Position numbers and translations under genes: made by a program. Below the pieces are notes generated by a model. It had not been told where the DNA came from, did no database searches, and saw only the letters and a program-made list of their open reading frames with translations. From an uncultured Eubacteriales bacterium (GTDB taxonomy: Bacteria; Bacillota; Sulfobacillia; Fermentithermobacillales; Fermentithermobacillaceae): DNA of 64,000 bases. This document shows positions 1 to 9,808 of the stretch, one piece after another (position 1 is the first letter of the stretch; every line of letters starts with the position of its first letter). The stretch lies in NCBI GenBank assembly GCA_964641455.1, contig CAZXLH010000009.1, forward strand, positions 1,534 to 65,533, in the 5' to 3' direction.

Positions 1-404
1 CCCAATAATATATATCCAAACACCGGCCAATAGCTTAAACCGCTTAACGGAGCAACATAAGAAGACACTATAAGTGCATTCATCAATACAGGCGGCAAGG
101 GCGCAAGATAGGCGCTGGGCATTCTTTCAGTAAGAAAACCGCTTATAAGGCTGGCCATGGCGCCAAGGGTAATATCCCATAGCAAAAAAGGGCTTGCAAA
201 ATTTGCCAAAATACACCCAAGATAAATACCCCATTTGGCCCACGGAAACAAAAACGGCAGCACTGTAAGCACTTCAGCTACTCTAACTTGGACCGGCCCA
301 TAACCAAAACCGGAAAACGGCGGAAGCACAGTTAAAACTGCATATATTCCGCCCAATAACGCGACCCTCGTAAGTGTTGCCGTAAGCGGCCTGTTTCTAC
401 TCAT
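1..404 (-). CDS. small polytopic membrane protein, QueT/ECF S-component-like (partial; runs off window start)
   Basis: Unlisted minus-strand frame; ATG at 402-404 preceded by AAGGA. Translation MSRNRPLTATLTRVALLGGIYAVLTVLPPFSGFGYGPVQVRVAEVLTVLPFLFPW... stays open to position 1 and is all hydrophobic helices. Confidence 0.35.
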   Translation of the reverse strand, partial: MSRNRPLTATLTRVALLGGIYAVLTVLPPFSGFGYGPVQVRVAEVLTVLPFLFPWAKWGIYLGCILANFASPFLLWDITLGAMASLISGFLTERMPSAYLAPLPPVLMNALIVSSYVAPLSGLSYWPVFGYILL

Positions 405-466
405 GATGTTCAAAAATCCTTTGCTTGATTTTGCATTCCGGCTTACTATTTCGTTGAGAAAACTTC

Positions 467-1747
467 TCACTGTTTACCAATATCTTCTCTGAAAAACGCT
501 CCTGGAAATTTGACTTTTGACACAGCATCATAAACTGTTGACCGAGCTTGATCAAGTGTAGGCATAAGAGCGGTAACCGCTAAAACCCTTCCGCCTGATG
601 TCACCAAGTTCCCACCTGCATCTTCACTTGTTCCTGCTTGAAACACCATTACATTATCAGGCAGTACTTTCTCAGCGCAATCAAGCCCTTCTATGGGCAA
701 ACCCTTACGATACTTTCCCGGGTACCCAGAAGCCGCCATTACAACAGTAACCGCAGATTCATCTCTTACCCGAATATTCTTGCCGGAAGCAAATTCTCCA
801 AGAGAGCCTTGTGCACATGACATCAGCAAGCCTGCAAAATCGCCTGATATCCTTGGCAATACACACTGAGCCTCTGGATCACCGAACCGAACGTTATATT
901 CAAGCACCTTCGGGCCGCTCTCTGTAAGCATTAACCCTGTATAAATAACGCCTCGGTAGTCAATTCCGTCTTCCTTTAAGCCCACATATGTCTTGTGCAA
1001 AATATCTTGATAAATTCTGTCTTCCATTTCAGGAGTAACGAAAGGAAGCGGTGAATAAGCTCCCATTCCTCCGGTCATAGGCCCTTTATCCCCGTCATAT
1101 ACCTTCTTATGATCTTTAGCCATTGGAAGTGGAAATATGGTGTTTCCATCACATAAAGCCATAGCCGTAGCCTCAATGCCTTCGAGAAACTCTTCTACAA
1201 CAACTCGTTTTCCTGCTTGTCCGTGAAGTTTTCCGGAAAGTAATTGATTGATTACCAAAATAGCCTCATCAATATCCGAGGTTATGGTTACCCCTTTTCC
1301 AAACGCTAACCCATCTGCTTTAATAACCCACGGCCCTGGAACCGATTTGATGTAGTCAGCAGCATCCTGTGGACGGTCGAAAACCTTAAAACGGGCATGA
1401 GGGATATTGTGCCTTGCCATAAATTGCTTTGCTACACTTTTGCTCGCTTCTAGTTTTGCTCCGGCCTTTTGAGGCCCAAACACCAAGACACCCTCGTTCA
1501 TCAAAAAATCAGAAATTCCCGCTGCCAACGGGTTTTCAGGGCCCACCACCGCCAAATCGATTGATTGCCGCTTGCAAAGCTCATATATACTCTGAAAATC
1601 TAAGGGGTCTATAGCCACATTGGTGCCAAGAACCTGAGTCCCGGGGTTTCCCGGGGCTATCCATAACTCCTCAACACCCGGGCTTCTATGTATGGCCCAT
1701 GCAAGGGCATGCTCTCTTCCTCCTGAACCAATAACCAAAACCCTCAT
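467..1747 (-). CDS. purD: phosphoribosylamine--glycine ligase
   Basis: 441-aa ORF; MRVLVIGSGGREHALAW N-terminus and ATP-grasp motifs. Start likely ATG at 1745-1747, preceded by AAAGGAG, rather than the upstream alt start. Confidence 0.9.
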   Translation of the reverse strand: MRVLVIGSGGREHALAWAIHRSPGVEELWIAPGNPGTQVLGTNVAIDPLDFQSIYELCKRQSIDLAVVGPENPLAAGISDFLMNEGVLVFGPQKAGAKLEASKSVAKQFMARHNIPHARFKVFDRPQDAADYIKSVPGPWVIKADGLAFGKGVTITSDIDEAILVINQLLSGKLHGQAGKRVVVEEFLEGIEATAMALCDGNTIFPLPMAKDHKKVYDGDKGPMTGGMGAYSPLPFVTPEMEDRIYQDILHKTYVGLKEDGIDYRGVIYTGLMLTESGPKVLEYNVRFGDPEAQCVLPRISGDFAGLLMSCAQGSLGEFASGKNIRVRDESAVTVVMAASGYPGKYRKGLPIEGLDCAEKVLPDNVMVFQAGTSEDAGGNLVTSGGRVLAVTALMPTLDQARSTVYDAVSKVKFPGAFFREDIGKQ

Positions 1748-1853
1748 TACAATAGCTCCTTTCGCATATAAGCAGCGTATACCATGCAACAATAATAATC
1801 CGGTTTATGGGCAACCCTAAAATTCAAATACCCTGCGGGCCGGCAATAGTGCC

Positions 1854-3428
1854 TTAATGCAAGAAATGCCTTTTACCGGTAAACACCATTGCAATTCCGT
1901 CCGTATCGGCAGCATCTATTGATTCTTGGTCTTTGATTGACCCGCCTGGATGAGCTATAGCAGTTATTCCCGCCTTTGCCGCTTCATTTACTGAATCCGG
2001 GAACGGGAAAAACGCATCTGATGCAAGGCAAGAACCTTTTGCCCTTTCACCTGCTCTGGCAATAGCAATTCTTACTGCGTCTACCCTGTTAGGCTGGCCG
2101 CCTCCTATGCCTACAGTCTTACAGCCGTTGGCCAATACTACAGAATTTGACTTTACATGCTTGCACACTGTCATACCAAATTCAAGATCTCTTATTTCTT
2201 CCGGGCTAGGCTGTCTGCTTGAAACCACACGCCAGTTTTCATCTTTGGGAAGTAACCGATCTTTCTCCTGTGCCAACATTCCACCCATAGCAGTTTTTAT
2301 CGTATAGTCCGTACCACAGCCTAAATGTCCGGAAGTTACTTTGCGTTTAGATGTAACCGGTGGAGCCAATTGAATCAATCTCAAATTCTTCTTGGGCTTT
2401 AGCACCTGAAGCGCATCTTGAGTAAAGCAAGGCGCCACAACAACCTCCAGGAATATTTCTTTCATCGCCATGGCACAATCCTTATCTACTTCACAATTAA
2501 ACGCCACAACCCCGCCAAAAGCGGAGACAGGATCACCTTGAAAAGCCGCTTCAAAAGCCTCCCTGGCTGTCTCACCTAAGGCTACGCCACATGGAGCCGC
2601 GTGCTTAACTATCACACATGCAGTAGAATCAAAGTCCCATACGGCGCCAAACGCATTGTCCAGATCATTAATATTATTGTACGAAAGCTCCTTGCCCTGG
2701 ATTTGACGTTCCGGTAACGATGCATTGTTTCGGCCAATTACAGGTTCATAATAGGCGGCTTTCTGATGGGGATTTTCACCATACCTTAGGGAAAATACCT
2801 TTTTATAGCCAAGAGCCGCCTCTTCCGGGAACTCATAACGGCTTTCAGGCCTTATGCAAGCGAAATACGAAGATATGGCTGCATCGTATGAGGCAGTATG
2901 CGTGAAAACTTCAAGAGCAAGTTTCTGCCTGAGATCCAAGCCCACATCACCATTTGCCTTGATTTCGTCTATAACGTCTGAGTATCTTTCAGGGTTGCAT
3001 ACTACAGTCACCCAGCGATAGTTCTTGGCTGCTGCGCGAAGCAGGGTTGGCCCTCCAATGTCTATTTGTTCAATTATTTGCTCTATTGTGGCACCAGGTT
3101 TTTGGGTTGCTTCAACAAACGGATACAAGTTACAAACTACCATATCAACCGGTGCTATGTTATGTAATTCAAGCTGTTCCATATGCTCTTTTTTGCTTCG
3201 CATGGCCAGTATGCCGCCATGAATCTTGGGGTGAAGCGTCTTGACCCTACCGCCAAGAATTTCCGGAAAGTTTGTTACCTGGCTTACTTCAATAACACTA
3301 ATGCCTTTACTCTTAAGAAATCTGGCTGTGCCTCCTGACGAGATAATCTCCCATCCTGACTTTTCTAATACATTAGCCAAATCTTCAATTCCTGTCTTAT
3401 CAGTTACGCTTAAAATAGCCCGTTTCAA
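1854..3428 (-). CDS. purH: bifunctional AICAR transformylase / IMP cyclohydrolase
   Basis: 524 aa; N-terminal MGS-like domain MKRAILSVTDKTG and C-terminal AICARFT domain; position in pur operon. Confidence 0.9.
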   Translation of the reverse strand: MKRAILSVTDKTGIEDLANVLEKSGWEIISSGGTARFLKSKGISVIEVSQVTNFPEILGGRVKTLHPKIHGGILAMRSKKEHMEQLELHNIAPVDMVVCNLYPFVEATQKPGATIEQIIEQIDIGGPTLLRAAAKNYRWVTVVCNPERYSDVIDEIKANGDVGLDLRQKLALEVFTHTASYDAAISSYFACIRPESRYEFPEEAALGYKKVFSLRYGENPHQKAAYYEPVIGRNNASLPERQIQGKELSYNNINDLDNAFGAVWDFDSTACVIVKHAAPCGVALGETAREAFEAAFQGDPVSAFGGVVAFNCEVDKDCAMAMKEIFLEVVVAPCFTQDALQVLKPKKNLRLIQLAPPVTSKRKVTSGHLGCGTDYTIKTAMGGMLAQEKDRLLPKDENWRVVSSRQPSPEEIRDLEFGMTVCKHVKSNSVVLANGCKTVGIGGGQPNRVDAVRIAIARAGERAKGSCLASDAFFPFPDSVNEAAKAGITAIAHPGGSIKDQESIDAADTDGIAMVFTGKRHFLH

Positions 3429-3431
3429 TAG

Positions 3432-4118
3432 TCACACCCCTTTTGTGGAAAGATCATCACTGTGGCTCTTTCTTGGGCCCTGGCCCAGAACCCTTACCTT
3501 CCGGCCTTCTATTTTCACCCTGCCCTGAGCTATTAGGGTTATGGCTGCAGGGAGAATTCTATGCTCTATCTCAAGTATTCTCTGAGACAGAGTCTCAACA
3601 GTATCATTTTCAAGCACTTTACATGAGTCCTGAATAATAATAGGGCCTCCATCAACTGACAGGTCAACGAAAAACACAGATGCTCCTGCTACTTTCGCAC
3701 CGTAATCCAAAGCCTGTTTTTGGGCATTAAGTCCGGGAAACGCAGGTAAAAGCGAAGGATGTATGTTAACCACCCTCATAGGAAAAGAATTAAGCAAAGT
3801 ATTGCCTACCAGCCGATCGTAACCTGCAAGCACAACAAGATCTACATCATATAATGAAAGAATTTCAACCAGTTTTTGCTCGTATGGCTTCTTGCAATCA
3901 GGCCATTTTCCAAAATTCTTTGGCTTTACGGTAAAAGCAGGTATTCCTTTTTCAGCTGCCCTGGCTAAAGCCAACGCCTCTGGCCGGTTGGAGATTACAA
4001 CCTCAACTGTGGCCGGTATAGTGCCGCTTTCACAACCATCAAGAATAGCCTGAAGGTTAGTGCCTCGCCCTGAAACCAGCACTCCCAAAGTAATCTTGCT
4101 ATTTCTCCGGTTTTCCAA
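3432..4118 (-). CDS. purN: phosphoribosylglycinamide formyltransferase
   Basis: 228 aa; LGVLVSGRGTNLQAI and formyl-transferase core; overlaps purM by 20 nt, so start may be further downstream. Confidence 0.85.
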   Translation of the reverse strand: MENRRNSKITLGVLVSGRGTNLQAILDGCESGTIPATVEVVISNRPEALALARAAEKGIPAFTVKPKNFGKWPDCKKPYEQKLVEILSLYDVDLVVLAGYDRLVGNTLLNSFPMRVVNIHPSLLPAFPGLNAQKQALDYGAKVAGASVFFVDLSVDGGPIIIQDSCKVLENDTVETLSQRILEIEHRILPAAITLIAQGRVKIEGRKVRVLGQGPRKSHSDDLSTKGV

Positions 4119-5121
4119 TTACCTCACCTACCACAAACGAAGCAATTCCCGCATCGCGGCTCAATTCTCTTGCCTTATCAACATCACCGGGCGAAACTAT
4201 GACTGCCATTCCTATTCCCATGTTAAAAACTCTGTACATCTCATCATCAGAAATCTTTCCGAGTTTTTGAACAACACGGAATACAACAGGAACTTCCCAA
4301 TTCAAGTCAAACTTGACACCTAAGCCTTCGGGCAATATTCGCGGAATATTTTCAACTATGCCTCCGCCTGTAATATGGGCAGCGCCTTTTAGGCAAACCT
4401 GCTCCCGTATGTTCAACACAAGCGGTGCGTAAATGCGGGTAGGTTCAAGAAGTTCTTCCCCAAGAGTTCTTCCAAACTCATCTACATAACGATTAAGTTC
4501 CCATCGGGATTCTCTGAAAACCTCCCGTACCAAAGTATATCCGTTTGAATGCAGACCTGAAGAAGCAAGCCCAACTACAATATCTCCTTCTTCAATATCT
4601 CTTCCGTCAATAATTTGAGATTTGATTGCAGCGCCTACACAAAACCCTGCCAGATCATACTCGCCAGGGCCATAAAGATCAGGCATCTGCGCCGTCTCTC
4701 CTCCGAGCAAGGTACACCCGGCAGCCTTACAGCCGGCAACAACTCCTTTAATAAGTTGCTCAACTAAATCAGGGCTCAAAGTTCCACCGGCTATATAGTC
4801 TAAGAAAAAAAGAGGGGTTGCACCTGAAGTTACTACATCGTCAACATTCATGGCTACCAGATCTATTCCTACAGTGTCGTGCTTATCCATCTTCTGTGCA
4901 ATCAACACCTTGGTTCCAACACCGTCTGAACCTGAAGCCAGCACAAGATTGCCAAACCCCAAATGTTCCATGCTGTAAAGGCCTGAGAATCCTCCTACCC
5001 CGGAAACCACAGCATCACTTTTGGTTTGTGCCGCCAGCTCTTTTATTCTGGACACCCATGCGGCTGCTGCATCAATGTTAACACCGGCCTTACTGTATTG
5101 CTTTGATCTGTCTGAATTCAT
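4099..5121 (-). CDS. purM: phosphoribosylformylglycinamidine cyclo-ligase (AIR synthetase)
   Basis: 340 aa; AIRS N- and C-domains, sequence begins YSKAGVNIDAAAAWV. Confidence 0.9.
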   Translation of the reverse strand: MNSDRSKQYSKAGVNIDAAAAWVSRIKELAAQTKSDAVVSGVGGFSGLYSMEHLGFGNLVLASGSDGVGTKVLIAQKMDKHDTVGIDLVAMNVDDVVTSGATPLFFLDYIAGGTLSPDLVEQLIKGVVAGCKAAGCTLLGGETAQMPDLYGPGEYDLAGFCVGAAIKSQIIDGRDIEEGDIVVGLASSGLHSNGYTLVREVFRESRWELNRYVDEFGRTLGEELLEPTRIYAPLVLNIREQVCLKGAAHITGGGIVENIPRILPEGLGVKFDLNWEVPVVFRVVQKLGKISDDEMYRVFNMGIGMAVIVSPGDVDKARELSRDAGIASFVVGEVIGKPEK

Positions 5122-5177
5122 ATAGCTAAGCCTCCACCTAATTAGTGATGTCCGCTACCTGATTGCCTAAACGGACC

Positions 5178-6617
5178 TCAGGCATTACATGGCGGAACAG
5201 GGTAGTCGCCTGTAAAGCAAGCCGCACACAAGTTTCCGACTTGCTCTCCCAAAACTTCTTCCAAATCACAAATATCCAAAAAAGCAATGCTGTCAGCGCC
5301 TATAGCTTCCCTAATCTGCTCCTGGGTTTTTCCAACGGCTATTAACTCGCCTTTAGAAGACGTGTCAATTCCGTAATAACATGGAAAACGATATGGTGGA
5401 GAGCTAATTCTTACATGAACTTCTGTGGCACCTGCAGCCCTTAGCAAACTCACAATGTACTTTGAAGTAGTGCCACGTACAATAGAATCGTCAACCATAA
5501 CGACCCGTTTGCCGGATACTACCCGTTGCAAAGGGTTAATCTTTATTTTTACCCCAATTTCTCGCATAGATTGCTTAGGAGTAATGAAAGTCCTGCCTAT
5601 ATACCGGTTCTTAACGATTCCCATTTCATATGAAATACCGGCTTCCTCAGCATAACCTGTAGCTGCAGAAAGCGAAGAATCCGGAATACCTGTTACCAAA
5701 TCTGCCGCCAAACATTCTTTTTGAGCAAGCCTCCGTCCCAAGGCCTTTCTGGCAGCATGTACATTTAGCCCGTAAATATCTGAATCAGGCCTTGCAAAAT
5801 AGATAAATTCAAAAACACAAAGAGACGGTATTGTTTTTGACAAGTTATTGCAGCCGGTACATCCGGATAACGAATATGATACAGGTTTTACGGTAACCGG
5901 CTCACCGCACATTGAGTTTTCGCGCTCCTCAATAAATATGGCTTCGCCAGGGTTAATTTCCCGAATAAACGTAGCGCCAACAGCATCCAAGGCACATGTT
6001 TCAGAACATATAATATACGCCCCATCTAACCGACCTAAACACAAGGGCCTAAACCCATTAGGATCTTTCGCTGCAATTATTCCGTTTGGGGTTAGAACAC
6101 ACAAGGAGTATGCTCCTTTGATATCCGGCAAACACTTGACAAGTGCCCGGAAAGGATCTTTTGCGCCTGACCTTGCCATAAGATGCGGTATTACCTCGCA
6201 ATCAGATGTGGTCTGAAAAATCGAGCCGTTTTCCTCAAGGTTGCTTCGTATTTGGGCAGCATTGACCAAATTGCCATTGTGGGCAAAAGACATCTGCCCT
6301 TGCCACATGTTAACCGTAATCGGCTGGGCATCTTCAACCCCACCTTCATCGCCTACGTTTGAATACCTAACATGCGCAAGAGCTCCAGAACCAGACATGT
6401 TCATTATATCTTCTTTAGTGAAGACATCAGCCACCAGGCCCATTCCCTTTTTCGTGTATATACGGGACTTACTCCGTACGGCTATTCCTGCAGCCTCCTG
6501 CCCTCTATGCTGCAATGCATAAAGCCCATAGTAACAAAGTTGAGATGCCTTGGGATGGCCTACTACTGCAAACACGCCGCATTCTTCTGTTATTTCGTTA
6601 AACGTCAAAAGTCCCAT
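5178..6617 (-). CDS. purF: amidophosphoribosyltransferase
   Basis: 479 aa; N-terminal nucleophile Cys in EECGVFAV, PRTase motif VVMVDDSIVRGTT, C-terminal Cys cluster for the 4Fe-4S. Confidence 0.9.
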   Translation of the reverse strand: MGLLTFNEITEECGVFAVVGHPKASQLCYYGLYALQHRGQEAAGIAVRSKSRIYTKKGMGLVADVFTKEDIMNMSGSGALAHVRYSNVGDEGGVEDAQPITVNMWQGQMSFAHNGNLVNAAQIRSNLEENGSIFQTTSDCEVIPHLMARSGAKDPFRALVKCLPDIKGAYSLCVLTPNGIIAAKDPNGFRPLCLGRLDGAYIICSETCALDAVGATFIREINPGEAIFIEERENSMCGEPVTVKPVSYSLSGCTGCNNLSKTIPSLCVFEFIYFARPDSDIYGLNVHAARKALGRRLAQKECLAADLVTGIPDSSLSAATGYAEEAGISYEMGIVKNRYIGRTFITPKQSMREIGVKIKINPLQRVVSGKRVVMVDDSIVRGTTSKYIVSLLRAAGATEVHVRISSPPYRFPCYYGIDTSSKGELIAVGKTQEQIREAIGADSIAFLDICDLEEVLGEQVGNLCAACFTGDYPVPPCNA

Positions 6618-7126
6618 ATTGGGTATCCCTCTTCCTTAAGGTTCCGCGCTTGCCCCACAACCTTGCCAGCCAATTTCGTTGTGTACTCTGACAGTTTCTG
6701 TGACAGCGAAGAGTCAGTTAACGACAGTATTCTCATTGCCAACAGCCCGGCATTTCTCGCCGAATCGATTCCCATACAGGCTACAGGCACTCCCGGTGGC
6801 ATCTGAGATATTGATAACAGCGCATCAATTCCATTAAGTGTACCTGCGCTTACAGGAAGGCCGATTACCGGAACATCAACTAAAGATGCAAGTATACCCG
6901 GCAAAGCTGCCGACAATCCGGCCGCAGCAATAAGTACCCGAATCCCTCTGGAAGAAACACGGTGGGCGTATTCTTTAAGCAGTTCGGGAGTCCTATGTGC
7001 TGAAATAATGGCAAGTTCATAGTCTACCTCAAATTCGTCAAACACTTCAAAAAGCGCTTTAACCTTCTGCAAATCACTTGCCGATCCCAAAACCACTCCT
7101 ACCTGAGATTGATCTTTCTCTGCCAT
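6605..7126 (-). CDS. purE: N5-CAIR mutase / AIR carboxylase catalytic subunit
   Basis: 173 aa; PurE fold, GSASD and AAGLSAALPG motifs; 13-nt overlap with purF. Confidence 0.9.
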   Translation of the reverse strand: MAEKDQSQVGVVLGSASDLQKVKALFEVFDEFEVDYELAIISAHRTPELLKEYAHRVSSRGIRVLIAAAGLSAALPGILASLVDVPVIGLPVSAGTLNGIDALLSISQMPPGVPVACMGIDSARNAGLLAMRILSLTDSSLSQKLSEYTTKLAGKVVGQARNLKEEGYPIWDF

Positions 7127-7226
7127 AAAATACGCCCCCTGTTTGTATAAAAGTTTACTAATATCATAACTGCTGTTTCTAATGTCCCATATCCCGCCTA
7201 AAACCGTGCTTAGGCCTTGGAAACAC

Positions 7227-8507
7227 TCAAGGCATAAGGTGAATTATGGAAATAAGGGCGAGTATGTACACCAACCAATGAATTTCTTTGGCTTTTCCGG
7301 AAAGAGCTTTAACAACTACGTAGCTGATAAAGCCTGCCGAAATCCCATCTGATATCGAAAATGCAAAAGGCATCATTGCTATGGTCATAAAAGCCGGGAA
7401 AGCCTCGGAAAAATCGGACCAGTCAATGTCTTTTACAGGAAGCATCATAAGCACCCCTACGATAATGAGTGCAGGAGCCGTAGCTTCAGTAGGAATCATA
7501 CCTGCAAGAGGTGAAAAAACCAAAGATACGAGAAACAGGATCCCAATTACAACTGCAGTAAGCCCTGTTCTTCCGCCTTCAGCAATTCCGGCACTTGATT
7601 CTACATAAGTAGTTACAGTACTTGTACCAAGCGCCGCGCCCAGGCAAGTACCTATAGCATCAACGGTCATCATTTCCTTAATTCTTGGAAGTTGCCCTTT
7701 TTCATCAAGCATATTGGCTCTTGAAGCAGTGCCCATAAGGGTGCCTACCGTATCGAAAACGTCTACAAACCAGAAACTGAAAATGGTCATAAATCCTAGG
7801 CTAATAGCTCCCTTAATGTCCAGTTTAAAAGCGATAGGTGCCAAAGATGCAGGTTTTCCCACGATACTTCCTGCAATTTGCGTAACTCCCATGGGAATTC
7901 CTATTACGGTGGTTATCAGAATGCCCAAAAGAATAGATCCTCGAACATTCCTAGCCATAAGTATTGCAGTTATCAAGAGCCCTATTAAAGCAAGAGCAGG
8001 TCCCGGAGCCGCAAGATTACCTCTGGCAACTATGGTAGCCGGATCACTCTGGATAATACCCGCGTTTTTTACACCGATAAACGCGATAAACAGTCCAATT
8101 CCTACTCCTACTGCACGTTTCAGTGTTTTGGGAATGGCAGCATCAAGAATATTTATGGCCCCTGTCAAAGCCAGAACCAAAAATAACACACCTGACAGAA
8201 AAACAACACCAAGGGCAGCCTGCCATCCTACTTGTTCTGCCACTACAAAAGCAAAAAACGCGTTAAGCCCCATTCCGCTGGCTAAAGCATAAGGATAATT
8301 TGCTATAAGCCCTGCAAGAATTGTGGTGATACCTGCAGACAAAGCGGTTGCAGTCATTACAGCCCCAAAAGGCATACCGGTTGCACTCAAGATGTCGGGA
8401 TTAACAAAAATGATATAAGCCATAGTCATGAAAGTAGTAATACCGGCTACTATTTCAGTGCGTACATCGGTACCATTTTCTTTTAGTTTGAACCAACGTT
8501 CTAGCAA
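7227..8507 (-). CDS. pbuG: AzgA/PbuG-family (NCS2) hypoxanthine/guanine permease
   Basis: 426 aa; N-terminus FKLKENGTDVRTEIVAGITTFMTMAYIIFVNP typical of the AzgA family; about 12 TM helices. Confidence 0.8.
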   Translation of the reverse strand: MLERWFKLKENGTDVRTEIVAGITTFMTMAYIIFVNPDILSATGMPFGAVMTATALSAGITTILAGLIANYPYALASGMGLNAFFAFVVAEQVGWQAALGVVFLSGVLFLVLALTGAINILDAAIPKTLKRAVGVGIGLFIAFIGVKNAGIIQSDPATIVARGNLAAPGPALALIGLLITAILMARNVRGSILLGILITTVIGIPMGVTQIAGSIVGKPASLAPIAFKLDIKGAISLGFMTIFSFWFVDVFDTVGTLMGTASRANMLDEKGQLPRIKEMMTVDAIGTCLGAALGTSTVTTYVESSAGIAEGGRTGLTAVVIGILFLVSLVFSPLAGMIPTEATAPALIIVGVLMMLPVKDIDWSDFSEAFPAFMTIAMMPFAFSISDGISAGFISYVVVKALSGKAKEIHWLVYILALISIIHLMP

Positions 8508-8548
8508 GAGTTGCCTCCTCCTTCATATAGACCGATTGTAAAATCCAC

Positions 8549-9085
8549 CTATTTCTTGTCAGGGTTCTCAAGTACACCAACATAGGGCAAGCCCCGATAT
8601 TTTTGTGCATAGTCCAAACCATATCCGACGACAAAAGCATTGGGAATTATGAAACCGTAATAATCCAGGCTGACTCTCACTCTCCTTCTGGCAGGTTTAT
8701 CCAGTAACGCACAAACCTTGAGGCTGGCGGGTTGTCTGTTTCTTAGTGTGTCCAGAAGATATCTTAGAGTTAATCCTGTATCGACAATATCTTCAACCAA
8801 AAGCACATGCCGGCCGGCTACGCTCTGTTCCAGATCTTTGGTTATCCTTACTTCTCCAGACGACTTTGTTGATGCTCCGTAACTTACAGTTCCCATGAAA
8901 TCAACAGCTACATCACATTTTAAGTGCCTAATAAGATCTGCCATGAATACAAAACTGCCTTTTAACACACCAACCATAAGAAGCTCCGTATTGGCATAAT
9001 CCCTTGAAATTTCCGAGGCCAGCTCCTTAATTCGTTTGTCTATCTCTTGCTTGCTTATGAGTACTTTGATTCCGTCTTCTTGCAC
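8549..9085 (-). CDS. hpt: hypoxanthine-guanine phosphoribosyltransferase
   Basis: PRPP-binding motif VLLVEDIVDTGLTL. Start is probably GTG (VQEDGIKVLIS) with strong GAGGGGGG RBS 7 nt upstream; the upstream TTG start of the listed ORF has no RBS. Confidence 0.85.
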   Translation of the reverse strand: MQEDGIKVLISKQEIDKRIKELASEISRDYANTELLMVGVLKGSFVFMADLIRHLKCDVAVDFMGTVSYGASTKSSGEVRITKDLEQSVAGRHVLLVEDIVDTGLTLRYLLDTLRNRQPASLKVCALLDKPARRRVRVSLDYYGFIIPNAFVVGYGLDYAQKYRGLPYVGVLENPDKK

Positions 9086-9161
9086 AATTTCACCCCCCTC
9101 GCACACTTCCGTGTTCAATTTAACACTTCAATTTAGATTATGCAATAACAAATATAACAAT

Positions 9162-9186
9162 AGTTGAATTGTCAAACAATTCAACT
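9162..9186. promoter_or_regulatory. perfect 10-5-10 palindrome AGTTGAATTG-TCAAA-CAATTCAACT in the hpt / pspC divergent intergenic region
   Basis: Read directly from sequence; candidate dimeric repressor operator between divergently oriented genes. Confidence 0.4.
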
Positions 9187-9288
9187 GCCAACTTGTTTTT
9201 AATACCTAATGGTTAAGTGCAATTAAGTGTTACTATTCATGTAGGTTTGCGTATTACTTATTGTAAAATGCATAAAGGAGGAACGAGC

Positions 9289-9483
9289 TTGTCTAAAAAA
9301 TTGTACCGCTCAAAAACCAAAAGAATGGTATCAGGTGTATGCGGAGGGCTTGGAGAGTATTTCGATATAGATGAAACCATATTCCGCCTCGGTGTAGCCT
9401 TCATCACGTGTATAACAGCCATAATTCCAGGAGTTTTATTTTACCTGGCAGCATCTATCATAATACCTGAAAGCCCTGAATGA
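9289..9483 (+). CDS. PspC-domain small membrane protein
   Basis: TTG start after AAGGAGG plus 7-nt spacer gives MSKKLYRSKTKRMVSGVCGGLGEYFDIDETIFRLGVAF... (64 aa), the canonical PspC-domain N-terminus followed by a TM helix. The listed ORF start at 9217 is likely too long. Confidence 0.7.
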   Translation: MSKKLYRSKTKRMVSGVCGGLGEYFDIDETIFRLGVAFITCITAIIPGVLFYLAASIIIPESPE

Positions 9484-9529
9484 AAAACCCAAAGCAATTG
9501 CAGAACATTCGAAGTTGAGCCCGGCAACT

Positions 9530-9808
9530 TCAGTCAATAAGTTGTCCGGCAATAACAAAACACATTAGCATAATGATATCGAAGGCAGCAGCGATGTAAA
9601 CATTGCTCCCGCCTTTTACAGCCCAGGCCCAACTTCCAAAAAAGCAAGTTAAATATATAATGCTAAGCCACCTATTTATTTTCCTGTGTCTTTGCCAAAC
9701 AGCCATCTTCTCATCCCACGACATTTGCTCCCATTGGGGAGCCTCCCATATAGGAGGCTTCAGCCTAAGCCACCTTCTCAGTTCCCAAAGCCAACCATCA
9801 GGTTTCAA
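9530..9808 (-). CDS. small hypothetical membrane protein (Trp/Arg-rich N-terminus, 2 TM helices)
   Basis: 92-aa ORF whose start overlaps the stop of the upstream 469-aa gene by 11 nt, i.e. co-operonic; no recognisable family. Confidence 0.4.
   Translation of the reverse strand: MKPDGWLWELRRWLRLKPPIWEAPQWEQMSWDEKMAVWQRHRKINRWLSIIYLTCFFGSWAWAVKGGSNVYIAAAFDIIMLMCFVIAGQLID

Noticed and set aside
7127-7226. Possible purine riboswitch upstream of purE (GGGATATGG resembles the conserved GGAUAUGG loop)
   Set aside because: The remaining conserved elements (UAUAAUCGCG..., CCGUAAA, P1 pairing) are absent; the segment looks like two small hairpins terminating or attenuating after the permease gene instead.
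7714-8292. 192-aa plus-strand ORF, plus many other 60-170-aa ORFs (e.g. 45524-46045, 53498-54013, 21491-21823, 28400-28774)
   Set aside because: All lie antisense inside strongly supported genes (permease, cwlD/rpsI, map, cheA, FMN lipoprotein), have Pro/Ser/Arg-rich low-complexity translations and no RBS. They are typical shadow ORFs.
9119-9216. Guanine/xpt-type riboswitch upstream of hpt
   Set aside because: No purine-aptamer consensus on the minus strand; only the 25-nt DNA palindrome is notable.
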